In this document: piece after piece, positions 1 to 14,812 of the stretch | Layout of the letters: each line of letters opens with the position of its first letter | Numbering within the stretch: position 1 is the first letter of the stretch | NCBI RefSeq assembly: GCF_036321535.1 | Contig: NC_087436.1 | Span: 56,794,001-56,858,000 of the forward strand | Reading direction: 5' to 3' | DNA from: Camelus dromedarius | Lineage: Eukaryota | Length of the DNA: 64,000 bases | The notes under the pieces: generated by a model | What the model was told of the DNA's origin: nothing | Seen by the model: the letters and a program-made list of their open reading frames with translations, nothing else | Databases searched by the model: none | Made by a program: the position numbers and the translations under genes

Positions 1-604
1 AATTATTGTCCTCCCACTGAAAGGAACCAGACTTCTTAGAGAAACTGCTGATTCTATGATTGGGACAAAAAAAAAAAATGAACATGGAAAATCTAGAATA
101 TCTTGTCAAATGAGAAAGCAAGAATGCTGTGAAAGAACTACAGTGGTATCAAATGGACTTGAAGAAGCAGATGAGACAGCTTAAGTAATAATAATAATAA
201 TAACTACAAAGGATTGAAATACTTTTTTCATGTAAGTTTACATGGGATCACAATGATTCTGGAATTTTTACAAAACCACATTAATCATTTTCACAAGATG
301 CTAAGGGAACAATTCATTATTTTAAAACCCAGTAAAATTTAATAAAAGGGAAAAATCAAGCTTTAACAACTCTTCACCTGATAACTAACTGATCATGTTT
401 TGTCAATATCCTACTCACCCCACTGCCATCTCTGAATTATTTTGAGGCAAATTCAGGATCTGTCATTTAATCCATAGTATTTCAGTATCATTTCTAAGAG
501 TACTCTTTAAAAACCTACCCATAGTACCATTATCACACCTCAAATAAAAACTTCCTTAACATCATCAAATAACCAATTTTCCAGTTTATTTCTGATTATT
601 CTCT

Positions 605-1087
605 GCATTAGTTTCTCTTGCTGCTATAACCAATTACTAAAAGCTTAACTGACTTAAAAACAGCATAAGTGTATTATTTTACAATTCTCCTTCACAGATA
701 TTACTGGGCCAAATTAAGGTGCCGGCAGGGCTGTGTTTCTCCCTGAAACCTCTAGGCAAAATCCATTTCCTTGCTTTTTCCAGCTTCTAGAGCTGCCCAA
801 ATTCCATGCTTCATGCCTTCTTCCTCCATCTCAAAGCCAGCAGGTTGAGGCCTTCTCACACTACAGTATTCCAATTCTCTCTTTGCTTCCCTCTTCTACT
901 TTTAAAAGCCTATGGGATTACACTGGGCTCGCCAGAATAATATGCCTATTTTAAGGTCAGCTGATTAAACAATCATGATTCCATCTGCATCCTTAATTCC
1001 CCTTTGACGTGTAATGTAACATATTCACAGGTTCTGGGTATTAGGACATGGACATCTTTGGGGAGGGGCATTATTCTGCCTTCCACA
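605..1087 (-). mobile_element. MaLR solo LTR (MLT1C-like)
   Basis: Starts TGCATTAGTTT...GCTGCTATAAC, contains TTCCAGCTTCTAGAGCTGCC, ends GGACATCTTTGGGG...ATTATTCTGCCTTCCACA. Confidence 0.8.
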
Positions 1088-4000
1088 CATACCCCAACAC
1101 AATATTAATCAGGACCCAAATAAGGAAGGTCCATATATTATATCTGGTGCATGTATGTCTTCAATTTTTTAGTCTATGAATCCTTCCATCTTCCCACCCC
1201 TTACAATATGCATGTAGAAGAAACCAACTCTCCAGTTATGTGTGTGTGTGTGTATCTGAACCTTTTTTAATAGTAAAAAGTTGGAGAAATTTTACACATA
1301 CTAACCTGAACTTTCATCTTCTCAACAATAATACAAGGTATTATTCTTACTATTTGATGGGGTTAGGAATACAAAGTTCAGAAAGGATTAGTGATTTGTC
1401 CAAGGACATGTAGAGCAATAAAATGCAGCAAATGTTTTTTGAACAACTACTATTTTTTGAACAAAAATTGTGCTAGACTTTACCACTATGAACAAGACAG
1501 ACATGGTTTCTGCCCTCCGAAGTTTAAAGGTTATAGACTAGTAAACAGTCAATTATGTTATAGTGGGATTAGTGCTAGAATGATGGAAAGATAATGAGTT
1601 TAATTACAGATATTCATTCAGTCAAGTGTATACTGAGAGTTTACAGTGTGACAGGTACTATGTTATGCGTGGGTACAGAAGAGAGAACCAAACATGTACT
1701 GTCCTTTCTCTCAAAGAGCTCAAACCCTTTTTTTTTTTTTTTTGAGTTGGAGGTGCTTGTGTTTCCTTTAAGTACAGATAGTCTAGTGGATATATGAACT
1801 CAGGAAAAAGAACTTAGCTAGAAGAACCGATTCAAGAGTCATCAGCATATTGATGGCTGTGAAAATTAATGAAGTTGTTCAGAGAAAGAGTAGTATGAAA
1901 TAGAAGAACTCCTAAGGCATAAAGCAAAATAACAGAAATACTTTGGGAACAGAGAGGGAAGTAGGAGAAAAAACAGGAGAGTATGGCATGGAAGCCAAAG
2001 AAGCAGAGTGGAGAATATGGGATCCAAAACCATTTCTGTCTACTCCAGTGCCTATGTCCCTAAAGATTAATTCATCAAATATTTATTATGCGCTTTTTGT
2101 GTGACAAGCTCTTTGCCAGGTACTCCTTTGACCCATGAAAACATGAAGGCAGATGTTCTCAAGTGTGATCTAAATCCGGAAGTACTAACTTCTAGATGAG
2201 TTTAGAAGGAGGGGATAGTGATAACTGAGATGATTCATTTCTGCTATTTTAACTTCCTTAATAAGTCTGCTGGGATAAATTTAGGAATAATGTATGAAAG
2301 CATTATTTTTTAATTTGCTCTGGTATGTCTAACGTCTTAGATTATCACTTTTAAGCCCTTCATGTATTCTGTAAAAGATTCATTTCCTACAGAGATCTAA
2401 CTTTCTTTCCCTCAACCTGACTGCCCATACTTCTCAGCCATTATATAAACTGCTTCAGAAACGAAGTATAATTACAGATCTAGTACTTCTGCTAAGGACA
2501 AACAGGCTGGAAGCATTGGAATGTTGAATCCATTTTGTTGTATAAGCTATATTGATGTAAATAGTTCACCTACTACACTTGAATTAAGAGAAAGTAACAG
2601 AGAACGTTATGGCAGTAAATCTACAGATAACCATAAAATATGTTTTAAAAATTCTGTAATATTTCATTCTTACTAAGTCAGAAATAAGGCTGATATCAAG
2701 AATACTAATATTCTCCTTCAAAAGGAAAAAGAAAAACGTTTACAGCCTGCACAAGACAGAAAGAAATCATATGGGAGGTTTCCTGGTGTGGAAAACAACT
2801 TCTCCTAGCAGGGGTGTTCGTATAAACACTGAGGCTAGTGCTGTCCTCATATAAACAACTGGGCTACATCAAAGTGACGCTCTGGTACTCTTGGGGAGAT
2901 AAAGTCTTGTAATTCAACATCTCAAAGAATATGTTCACAAAGCTATGGTAGAAATTTTGCACATACTAAATTGGGCAGCAGCGATGGCTACACACTTGCA
3001 CATTATCGTGGGCACCAAGTGCTTTCTTCTCCACCCCTTCCCCAATCATTTCAAACAGATGGTGGCCACGACAAGCAGAGAATCTGCGCATTTTGTCTGT
3101 CAAGCTCCTTATGTTGAAAGCATAAACAACCGTCTACTCTTCATAATCCAGGCATGAAATCACATCCAGTAGAAATAGAAAAGGTTTAAAGTTGAGCCAA
3201 GATCCAGGATCAGAAGAAAGTACATTCTAGAGAGGTTTGTGCAAATATTATCAAGTGGAATCAAACTTTTTTTCTTAATTCAGTGATTAAAAGCAAAATC
3301 GGACAGATTAAACTACTATCATCTCTCTCAGCAGTGGAGAATGCTGGTATGTATGCCGTAAAGAATTGGAACAGGTGCGCCCAAGGCCAAGTATCAGATA
3401 TTTCCGCAACTTCAGGAGGTTAGTTTCTTCCATCAGCAGCCAGCCTTTCAACTCTTAAGAACCTAGATTAAACTGGATCTCGAGTATTTTAATTAAAGTG
3501 AGTGTGGGGACTTGGATTAGGTTTTCTCTTCTTTTTTAATTTGTTGCATCACACATCATCAAAATTCGGGATACAGAAATTTGCCTTTTTCTCCCTACTA
3601 ACTGACCTTCCATAGAACATTTCCATTTGGTCAGAGTTACAAGTAAAAGAAACTCAGTCTGTACCTTGAAAATAAAGATAAGAGATTTTAAAATTTCTGG
3701 TTTTGCCAACATTCAATTAAAAATCAACAAATTATTTATCATTTATAGAGTTTTATAAATCACCGTATCACTGTTTCAATTTCTAATTTTATAATGGGAA
3801 GACAAATCCACGCCCTAATCATGGGTGCTCAATGTGCTTTATGCTAAGAGAGAAGTGGGGGATAAAGAAGAAGAAACAACAAAAAGAAACAAAATAATAT
3901 TAAAAAAAAAAATCCCCACAAATCTGAGTTATGATTCATGACCTCAAGAATACTAAAGAGGATCACCTATATGTAAACTCAAATAGACTCTATAAGCTAA

Positions 4001-4554
4001 GAATTCATTTAAAACATTAAATCTGTAGAATTTAGCTTATATTTGAATGAGAAAACCATGCATTAAAATTATTTATATTCACATTATATCTAGAGTTCTC
4101 ACATATCCTATTCCTAAAGTAACATAAAACCCAAATGGGCTTGGTTTCTACCATTTCCCCACCAATTTTCATCTATTTATGTAAGTGAGAAAGCAATCTA
4201 GTCTCAGAAATAAAGGAGAAAGGTACCTCAGATTTGAATGCTCATATAAATAGTGCTCATTCTTTTAATGGAAGCAGAACAACTGAAGCAGAAAGGGAAG
4301 GAAAATTTAAGAAGAGTTCCCCGTGTCAGACAACACCAAACATGTCTCTAATGATGAATATAAGTCACTGGAAAATTTAAAACTGGGGATATTTCTTATG
4401 CTTCTATTACTACTACTAATTCTCTAAGCTCGCTCTCTCTCAATTAGTCACTAGATCTTTAAGATAAACAAAACCTTATTATCATTATCCAAAGTTATAT
4501 CTGAATTTCACATCTTTTAGAAGCAGAGAACACTGCTCAGCTATTCTATGCTGG

Positions 4555-4780
4555 AGGAAGCAGTATCTCTAGCATAATGACTAATGTTAAGATACTTGTG
4601 GACTCCTCATTCTTTTCATTTCTAGTTGTGTGAACTCAGAAATGTCATCACTTTGGGTCTCAGCTTCCCTCATCTGTAAAATAGCAAAAATAACGACCTC
4701 AAAGTGTAAGAGGGTTAAATAAGGTGGTATAAGCAGTGTTTGCTTACAGTTCCTTGAATGTGGAAGAAATGCTTCATCAC
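4555..4780 (+). mobile_element. MIR SINE
   Basis: Core CTAGTTGTGTGA...TCTCAGCTTCCCTCATCTGTAAAATAG. Confidence 0.65.
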
Positions 4781-5097
4781 TGTCAGTCATTATTACACTC
4801 TGACACCAGATCCTACATGGCTAAAAAAAAGAAAATATCCATTCAACAGCTACCTAGTGAGCACATTTAATGTTTCAGCTCTAGGAAATCTTCTGGTATG
4901 AAAGATACACCTAAGAATAAGATACCTGCTCCCAAAGAATTTCCCTTCTTATGGGTGATGTTCACAAGCAAATAGGCAACTCAGGGCCTTAGGATTAGTG
5001 TCGGACGAGGGTGCCCAAGATCCCCAGTAAAGTGTACAGCTGCTGTGCAGAATTATCAGGCATGGTTTTTCTTACACCTGTGGTTTAAACCTAAAGT

Positions 5098-5289
5098 TTT
5101 TTTTTTTCTGCAAATGGCTAAATATTTTAAGTTTTGTGGGCCATATAGTTTATGTTGCAACTACTCAACTCTGCCACTGAAGCATGAAAGGAGTCACAGA
5201 CAACATGTAAACGAATGAGCATGTCTGTGCTCCAGTAAAACTTTATTTACAAAGACAGGTGGTGCAGCAGAGGTGGCCAAGGGCCCCTG
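5098..5289. mobile_element. MER58A-like hAT-Charlie element
   Basis: AAATATTTTAAGTTTTGTGGGCCATATAG...GCAACTACTCAACTCTGCC...AAAACTTTATTTACAAAGACAGGTGG. Confidence 0.8.
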
Positions 5290-8200
5290 GTTTGAATCAT
5301 ATGCATTAATTAATAAGATGTAATAATTCTGCATGAAAAGCATATGTGAATAAATCCAAGTATCTTCCCTTAAAAATGACTTAATATTTTGATCTCAGGG
5401 TGAGAGGAGAATGGGGAGGAAGAAGAGCTTTCAAAACAGTGCACCTGCATCACCGTGGGAAGCTTCCAGCAAGGGGGTCAATTCCAATCAGAAGACATTT
5501 AAAATTAAAAAAAAAAAGAGGGCAGTTAATGGCTGTTACTTTGATTTTTTCCTGTATGAGAGTCATAATTCTAAACAAAAATATATTTGTTACATAAAGA
5601 GACAGGGGATATTTACATGCTTCACACCATGGTTTTGACAATGGACAACACCAGTTAAGCCTTTACAGCAAGTGAACTGTTTAGTTTAATGATGTCAAAA
5701 TGCAGGGGAGCAGATGGCAATAAAACATTATTAGAAGAGATGAAACATACGCAACTGGTAGCAGTTTACTTATTCATATCAAAATTTAAAAATGGAACCA
5801 ATAAATCTATCCATCCTAGCTAAGCAAATCTAGTTATCTCGATTTATTACTGCAGCGGAAAGCCTACAATGAAATTTGGGATGGTTGTAGAAACAGTAAT
5901 TTCCTTTCTCACCCCTATCTCCTTTAGACCTCAAATAAAATATAGAATTTATATCCACTTATAACTGAGATGCACATCATTCAGTCTTCGATCTAATCAG
6001 ATCTCACAAATACATCCAAGTCTTCCTTGAAAAAAAGACTGCATCAGATCTCTCCAAAGCTCTGTCCATAATGAATAAAAAAACTTTTTTTTAAAATTTC
6101 TAAAATGTAGCATACACCAGGAGCAGGGTATGGTAAAGGGTCGTGTTAACTAGAATCTTAGATAAATTTAAAAACTGCAGTTTAGAAGCAATGAAAATGT
6201 TACTTGAAACAGATCTCACTAATTGCAAGTTACCTAGTCTATCTGCTCTTTCTAGGCTATCCCTAAGAGAGCTAGTTCTTCCTAAATATATTCACTGATG
6301 TGATCTTGTGATATAGAAAATTGCACCATTTAGTCAAAATAACTGGGTTCAAATCACTATAGGACCCTGAGCAAATTTTTTGACACCTCTTTGACTCTGA
6401 ATTACCTCACTGGGAAAATGATGCCCATTTAAAATTTTAATGATATTACCTTTTTGTATATTCTGAATAAAAGGATACTTTAAAGAACTGAAAAATTATA
6501 AAAACATGATTATTACTACTAATCAACGATATCCACTATTTTACTGTTAAAAGAGGATGTTTGCTCCTCTCAAGGCTACCAACTATATTCTTGCGTTCCA
6601 AATGGCCCAGTGAGTACTCCCCAAGACAATATAACAGAGCTAAAATTAACTGAATATTCATTTTGAAAGTAGGCTTGTATCTTTTTCCCTTTTTCACTTG
6701 ACCAAAAGAAATTTATTGTGTCCCTAAAAGATTTGCAAATGACTCCAAGTGCTTACTTGCACTGTGCTTTTTCAAAACACAATTCATCTTTTAAAAAAGA
6801 AATACTGATGTTTGCAAATCTCATTGCCAACTATAAGCTCTCGCTTTTACTACATATATTAAAATTGCTTCACAAAAAAATCAGCAATTCACTAATAAGA
6901 AGCCTGTATACATATTACAGATATTCCCCGCTTTCAGGAAGTTTGTTTTGTGCCACTTTGCTTTTATGAAAGACTTCATTAGTGCTCATTTTCACTAAAC
7001 CGAAAGAAATCTAAAGAGGATTTTTACTTTTATGAAAAAAGGTAATTGCTTCTTTGCTTTCCATGACTTTGCCTTACAAAAGGTTTCATAAGAACCTCTG
7101 CTTTCAGACAGCAGAAGAAACTTGTACCTGATACACGTGAAGGGAACGATGCCGTAAGTAGAATATAGGGAAATATTTGTTACATATGGAGTAAAGGAGG
7201 TTAAGAATGTCTCATATTAAATGATAAAATACTGCTTGTGTACTGGGTATATCACCATAATATTCAGTAAATACCTTTACTTTTCTCTGTAGAATGTCTA
7301 CCTCCATGGACACATTTAATAATAAAAGTAAAAACAAGAAATCCAATAATTTCTTGCCAGCATCAGGGGACAGAATAGATGGAGTTGTGTGTAATTAAAC
7401 AAAGAATGAAGGTGGCATTATTCTAACATGCTACAAGAACTGCAAAGAAAACAGAAAAAGGAGACATTTCAGCATGGCTAGACACCACTACATGACAAAG
7501 AAAGAACACATAACACAGCTTATTTTCAATGGCTCTATGAAATAAAGTCATACTATTTTCTAAAGAAAAATGGTGATTAGAGCATTAGCCAGTACTGTAT
7601 AGCTCAATGCTTTTTCTGAGCAACAAACTGTGTTATTTATTAAAAACTTACAATGTTAACACATTTAAGAATCATTACAAATGCTCTCAAAATCGACATA
7701 TTTTTAAAAGTGGGAAGAAATAATCCGTAATTAATGAAAAAAAAAAAGTAAAGTCTATGCATGGACTTAAAGCTTTCTGAACTACACACAAATAACATAA
7801 GTATTTAATTTTTGACCAATGGGGCGCTATAGAGTTTTTCTTCTTTAGTCTCAGAAGAAACCCCTTTTTCATCTCATGATATTTATTTCCATGACAACAT
7901 GTAGTACAAGTGCTTCCTGCAAAGGCAAGCAATGCAGTGCGGATCATGCCAAAGCAACCAACCTTGTATTTGCAACTATAAAGAAATGAAAAAGAGTGAA
8001 CGTTTAGCACATACTGATTTAGAGGAAATGAATGCACTCACCTGAGGAAATGCGGCAAAAATAGACTAGTTGTGTTAGAAAAGCAAACTTAAACATATTT
8101 CTCAAGTACAAGGTGCAATCCACTCAGATTTTTACTTTATAACTACACACATTACATAAACTTAAAGATACAATCAATTTTTGAGCCATAGTCTGAATTA

Positions 8201-11200
8201 AAACAAAGTATAGTTTCTTTAAGCCAAATGCAATCCTCTACCAGGGTTCTAACAGAGGATACATGAATACTCCACAAGGGACAACACTCCCCAGGGGAGC
8301 GGTGGTTAGAACCTGCCTCCCAGGCAGGTTAAAGTGTAAGTACTTTGCATTCTCTTGCTGTTGGAATTCTCTCTGCTCCCACTGTCAATGCCCAGGTTAA
8401 TACTCATTATCATCACCCCTGCACAGGATTACCTCAACAAACGCATCAGTCGTCTCTAGGACTCCAGTCTTAATCTCTATACTGAAGTCATGATAACCTT
8501 TTAAACACACTAATGCAGTAATGATCTGTCAATAATGCCAATCTGATTGTGTCACGGTCCAACTTACAAATCTTACCATAGCTTCCTTTCTGCATCTATC
8601 CACACTCTTTTTTACTTTCAAAGCCTTTTCTGAGCAGACCCCCACTAATCCATCCAACCTTCTTTCCAGCCACTCTACTGTCCTGAACATACTGAACCAC
8701 TTGCCCTTCCGCAGAGAAGCCAAGTTCTCTGAGAGCTTCCACGTATGTTGTTCCCTCTCCAACTTGGCCTCTTCCTGAAAATATTCAAGGGGGCCTTGAC
8801 TGCATATAATTTTACTTTACGCACAAACATGAACACTTTGTTCTTGCATAAACTATGACTCCACTATAGACAAATACACACGCTACCTCAAGACTGTATC
8901 ACTGGAACTTTATTGGTCTTTTTCTCTGGTTCCCACTGACCCAGACCTCCAGGCCTTCTGACCTGGACCTTATAATCAGATTTAATTCTGTATTTTTTTT
9001 AAATTGATTTCTGTTACTTACTGGTGCTTTGCATCCCAGTTAATTTGTCCACCGTGACAAGGCTGGTGAACTATTCCTAATATTTCCTCTGCATTCCACT
9101 TCTTGGTTTCTTATATGCTGTAAATTTCCATATTTTTTGAGAAAAAACTTCCTACCAGATGGCTTCAGATCTATTATTAATTTTTTTAATTACTGGAAAA
9201 TAATAATACAGTACTAGTTACAGTATTGTTTATGTTCGCAACTTTTAAGCCTTCTGGGAATTTAATCTCCAAGGACAGTGAAAGCCCCTTCTCCTTTATC
9301 TGTATGTATGGTTTTTAATGGTGGCCCTTGGCAGGCAGCACGCCCACCCTGTTCAGTGACTGCCGTGGGGATTTCAAGTCTGGCAGGAGGGAAAAACAAT
9401 GTCTGGACAATCCTTCAAATCATCTGAGGATGTCCAAAATAAGACAAACAAACCTAGCACTGGCATTTACAGAATGAGGGCCTGTAAACGGTGCCAGCTA
9501 TTGGTTCAGTGCTGTAAAACAAAGATAGTAAAACTTGGTCCCTGTCCTTAAGGGGTTCTAAAAACACAGGTAAAATACACATATGTAAACAACCAAAATG
9601 AACAGGATGAATGTTACAATAAAGCCATCATCAAAATTTTGTAGGAACATAGAGAAAGAATAGGCAACTACTCAGAGGACTCAAGAAAGGGTCACAGAAG
9701 AGATGACATCCGGTATTAAGGAGTGGAGAGAAATTTCTCAGGGGTAGAAGGGTGGGAAAGCAGTTTAAGTAAAAGAAGCCCCTTGTACAAAGTACAGACG
9801 TGTGCGCCTGAGGAATGGTATAAACTCACAAACTTGAGTGTGCCAGGACCGGAGGGACCACGAGGAAAGATAATACAAAGTGAGTGAGGCTGGAGAGGAA
9901 GCTGGCACACGGCTGTGAAAGGACTGTGAATCCAGTTAAGAAGCCAAACATTTAATGTGTGGGCAGCAGAGGGCCCACAACATCTTCAAGCAGGGAAGTC
10001 ACGTGAGGAGAACTGTTGTATTGGATGGTAACAGTGTAAGTTACTAACACTATCATTAAAAAGAATAAAGGGCTAGACACACCACCTTTCTTGAGTATCT
10101 TCTATGTACCAGGCACTTCAATATACATTGCATCATTCGAGCCCCACAACGATACTACAGGGAGCTTTTTATACCCTTATTTTAGTAAAGAAACTGAAGT
10201 CCCAGCACCCCATCCAGGCAACATCTACAGCCTTCTGAAGTCGCTGCCCCAGAGGGCAGGGGTTTCTATTCTTCAGGGCCTCTCTAGTCAACAAACTGGG
10301 TTCCACGAACAGTAGGCCTGATCCAGCAAAGCTCTGCTTATATTCTAATGCACTGGTCATTCTCATTGTGTATATAATTAAAGTTAGAAAACTTATGTGC
10401 TTTCAACATGTCATGGCTCTTCATGACTTTAAGACTGAATTTGTGAAAAACACCTGACTATATTTGGTAAGACAGTAATATTTTATATATATACTTGCAT
10501 CAAATGAACTAAACTTACCTAATCTGGTAATCAATAACCTAAACCAAATCTAGGAAAAATATTATATTCCAGATTAGGTCACCTACAGAAACACAGGAAC
10601 ATATTTTTAAATGTATACTGTTAAATTTAAAAGGGTTTTAAAAATATCTATCTAACCACTTATTATATACAATATGAAAATTTCAAGTGTTAAAAAGCCT
10701 GTCAGACGTACAAATGTAGTGAGTTAAAATATAAGTGTAAAGAAGTACAAATCCTCAATTTTGAAAAATAACAAGAAGAATCTTGCCTTTTATGTAATTT
10801 ACTAGCTCCAGTAAACATTTCTAAAGGGGACTACTGCATTGGAATTATGGAAGTTATTACCAAAGACAAGGTGCATGTAGGAAGTAATATGGCTAGCTTA
10901 CGTAAAGCTCAAGCATGGATTCTCACTTCTTTTGTATCTTGATACTTTCATGCAGGCTATGAACTTTTTAACATTTTGTATCCTCAAATATTTAGCTGTC
11001 CGTCTCTGGCAAGCTGTGTATGTGTGGCAGTGTATGTTAAACTACACTCCTGAGAAAAAGAAGATAATCCAGTCTAAACTATCATGCTGTGACATACACA
11101 CCTAGTCCCTATTTGTCAACTGGTGTTGCATTACTGTGCTCTTGAAAGACTTCCGGGTAACACGGGCTATATGATACCACAAGTGAAATGATCTCAGATT

Positions 11201-12559
11201 TAAAGTCAGAACTTCAATGGAGGTAACAGAAACCCATGACAGGTTCAGAATGCACTTGTAGGTCTTAAAATTCCAATTAGCCCTTTCAGTGTAGCCTTTT
11301 GTTTTTGATTTTGTGTTTTTTGGTTATCATTTCAAAACTAAATCAGTCATCACCCAATAGGCAAAAGTATAACTAAAATACTTATTTAAATAAGTGTCTT
11401 TCAAACTGTTTCTTAACTATAAAAATAGAAAGATTCAAAATATAGGTGTCTGTATGTGTGCATATATAGACACTTACATACATATTCATGTATATATACA
11501 TCCATAAACTAAAACCACATTTTCATAATGTGATATGTACCCTGAATATGTTAATATACTTCATATAGTAAAATACTCTCATATTTTCTACTCTGTTTCA
11601 CTTTTTATGAAAAGACTGACTGTGTCCATTACACTGTTTCACGATCAATTAAGTGGGCCATAGACTGCATTTTGCTGATTCTGCTCCCATCCTTCCCATC
11701 CAACTGCAGGAATTATTTTAAAATGATATCTTTGGTGTTGGTGGGTAGGTGAGGGGGGTAATAAAATCTTTTTTTTTTCCCCTTTTTTTTGCCCACACTA
11801 GAGCACAGCTGTGAACTAACAAGAGAAAGAAGCTTGAAGTTCTCAGCATGAGAAAAGAAACGCCACCTGTTCAGTGTCTGATCTGAGTCCACACTAGTGC
11901 AGCGACTGGCCTCTCTAGCTTTTGCACTCTTTGGTTGGCACTGTCGTTTTCACAGGTGAGTTGTGAAGAACGTTAAGAACCCATCATGAAACAGCTACCA
12001 CCTTCTAAATCAGAAGAACTTTTTCATTTGCATTAGGAAGCCCCTGAAACTATTTATCAAAGACTAAGTAGATTCTGAGGTTTTTGTTTTGTTTTGTTTT
12101 GTTGAAATATGGTGTAATGCTAGGTAGAGTAAAATTATAGAATTTGGGTGGCTGGGAATTTTGTATTCATTTTACAATTTTTACAAAATAGCATAAAATA
12201 AGTAACTTTTACATAACATAAACTCATTGTCAGTCTGTAGAACCTAGAGCAAGACAAACAGCAAGAGTTCTGCAAATATTTTTTGATTTGAGCTTAGCAT
12301 CATGATGTAGTTCAACTAAAACTTCACAACTGCAAAACATTTTCTTTTAATAATAATTAATGCTTTATAGTGTTATATACACTGTATAATTTTCTGTACT
12401 GTTGTAGTTTTTCTCAACTAGATTCAGTTATATCTTCTGTAAAAAGATTAATATTTTAAATATTAACCAAGTGAATCATGATTATAGTTTTATATCTATA
12501 TTATTTGCCTGCTTTGATTATTGTAACAAACTAAATTAGACCAAGAGAAACAAGGATTC

Positions 12560-12578
12560 TGTCGCCCTCTCGTGGTAA
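12560..12578 (-). promoter_or_regulatory. Candidate CTCF binding site
   Basis: Minus strand TTACCACGAGAGGGCGACA fits the CCACNAGRGGGCG core. Two CpGs are retained in an AT-rich context. Confidence 0.6.
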
Positions 12579-13449
12579 TTTTGCTGTAGTGTATTCTCCA
12601 GGAGTTACACATCTTTTCACTCTAATAGGCAGAGCAGTATTTTGACCAGTTTCGGAATTTCCAAAAGCAGTACATACACTTTCTGCCCTTCACAGCACAT
12701 ATACTTTGTACCCTTCCTTAAGTTTCTACCTCTGAAATTTAGTTTTTTCCTTGCTTTTTTAGGAAACATTTTCCTGTTCCCTTTCAATTACCATACCAAA
12801 AAAAATTTTATGAAAGTTGCTTTCTGTATTCTAATCACATACAAAATAATTACAGCAACTCTCCATTGTCATAGCTAAGCTTTAAGGAAATGGAAATAAT
12901 TTAAAATGTGTAGGGCTGAGCCATCAGCATTTTTTTCAAGAGAATAGATCTTGCTAAGTCAAATAGTGCAGAAATCTCTAATGATATTAGTCTAAATATT
13001 TTAAGGGTTCAAAAGTAATAAAAGTCTTTTCTTTAAAACAGTCAAGATCATATGCAATGGCTTTTTTTCTTTCTCTCGTAACACAAAACTTGTAGCTTCT
13101 TTGCAAAATTAGCAATGGTAATTAGAAACTATACAAAATGACACTATGAAATAAATTTTAACTATATAAATAATCAGTAATTTTCTAAAGATAACTGACT
13201 TACAATAAATGTAGTGTTAATATATTTAAACACTATGGAAAATACAAAACAAAGATGGATTCTTAATGAAATTAATTAAAAATCCCCTCTTTCCACTCTT
13301 ATAACTTAAAAAATTCTTAAATAATAATAAACGGTCTTTTTTTTTAAAGCTATCATATTTTTCAAATCAACCCCTTGTGCAGTCACTCAATACTCATCCC
13401 AAAACTGATAAGGAAGGACTGGAATTACACAGGGGATAAGATGGGGTGG

Positions 13450-14130
13450 GGGGAGGGAAGTGCCTTCTTTGCAGAGGAACCAGAACTTTCAAAAATAAGG
13501 TAACATGGCATGTCTCAGTAACTGAAGATACTTCAGGAAGACCACAGCACAGATTATAAATTGGGAGCAGCAGGAGATGAGACTGAAAAGGTAGCAGAGG
13601 TCAGAGTGGATATGGTCTTAATGGGGGAAACACAGCACAGCATGTGTGGCAGGAGAGTGACATGGGCAAAGAAAGATCACCTGTAACGGAGGACAAATCG
13701 ATGGGGTGAGGAGATTGGGAAATCAGTTAGAAGCTGTTCTCAGCGACAAGGGCCTGTACCAAAGCAATGGCTCTGACCACACAGAGAAGAAACGTGAGAA
13801 GTACTAAGAAGAGGAACCATTAGGTGTTAGTTACTGTGAGACCATGGGGCCGGCGGTGAGGGTCTCAACCTTACTTTCTAGCTGTGGTGCCTGGGTGCCA
13901 GGGATGGGTGATGCTATTTTTGGATGTGCTGCATTTACGGTGCCACCTGGGACAGCAGGCAGGTCAACAAGTTTGAGAATACGGGGTTCAGGAGAGAGAG
14001 GCCTGCCTATCATCAGGGGCAGGGTAGTAAAAGGAATCTGGATGACGCATCATCCAGGGAGAGCACAGAGAGTAAGAAGAGATGAAGGCTGAGGGAAGGA
14101 TCAGCAACATTTAAGGACGGTCTCATCTTC
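13450..14130 (-). mobile_element. L2 fragment
   Basis: Purine-rich antisense L2 pattern, e.g. GGTTCAGGAGAGAGAGGCCTG...GGATGACGCATCATCCAGGGAGAG. Confidence 0.55.
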
Positions 14131-14812
14131 CTGTTAAGAGGTACTTTAGTCCTAGAATCATAACCTTCATTTGTGTTTGGAGAAATATTTAGTTTCTTTT
14201 CATTTTGCAAATCTGAAAACTGAGTGTCAAGAGGTTAAGTGACTTTATTTAAAGCTGTTTATCTGCAGAAGTGAATAAAAACTCAGATCTCCAAATGAAG
14301 CCCAAGCTGCTCCCTCCTACCATGCTAGAAATGCTCTCTTTCTAGTACCTACTGTGTCCTTCCTCCGCTTCTGCCTCGTGAATCTTCAGAGGACAAAAAG
14401 TAAGAGTCCTTTTCTTCAGTAACTGTCTGATAGCAACAAATGCCTCTGTTGTTATTATTTTGTATATATGATCAAAACTAAAATGCTGTAGTTCCAAGGC
14501 TACCTTTCCAACAATATAGTTCGTTAGTAAGACCCTAGATTTACAATTCAACCCATGCTTCCTGAATAATCTGGGAAACCAGGCCATGCCCAATTCTATA
14601 ATCAGAAATAGCAAGTGGCAGTTGCATCAAAAACACACCGAGAATGTTTAAGAGACACTTCAGAGAGAAACAAAGCTGTAACTATTCCTCTCAATTTTTA
14701 AACTGTAGATAGCTGAGACTAGGTTTCACCAGTGTATTCGATCATATATCCCAAACACATTTTCATAATTACACTTAAGAAAAGCAAAAAGCAAGCAACT
14801 TCTCCAGCATAC

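Noticed and set aside
1..14812. LIM-domain exons of PDLIM5
   Set aside because: No CxxC/HxxC LIM-coding sequence was found. The next exon must lie beyond the left edge of the window.
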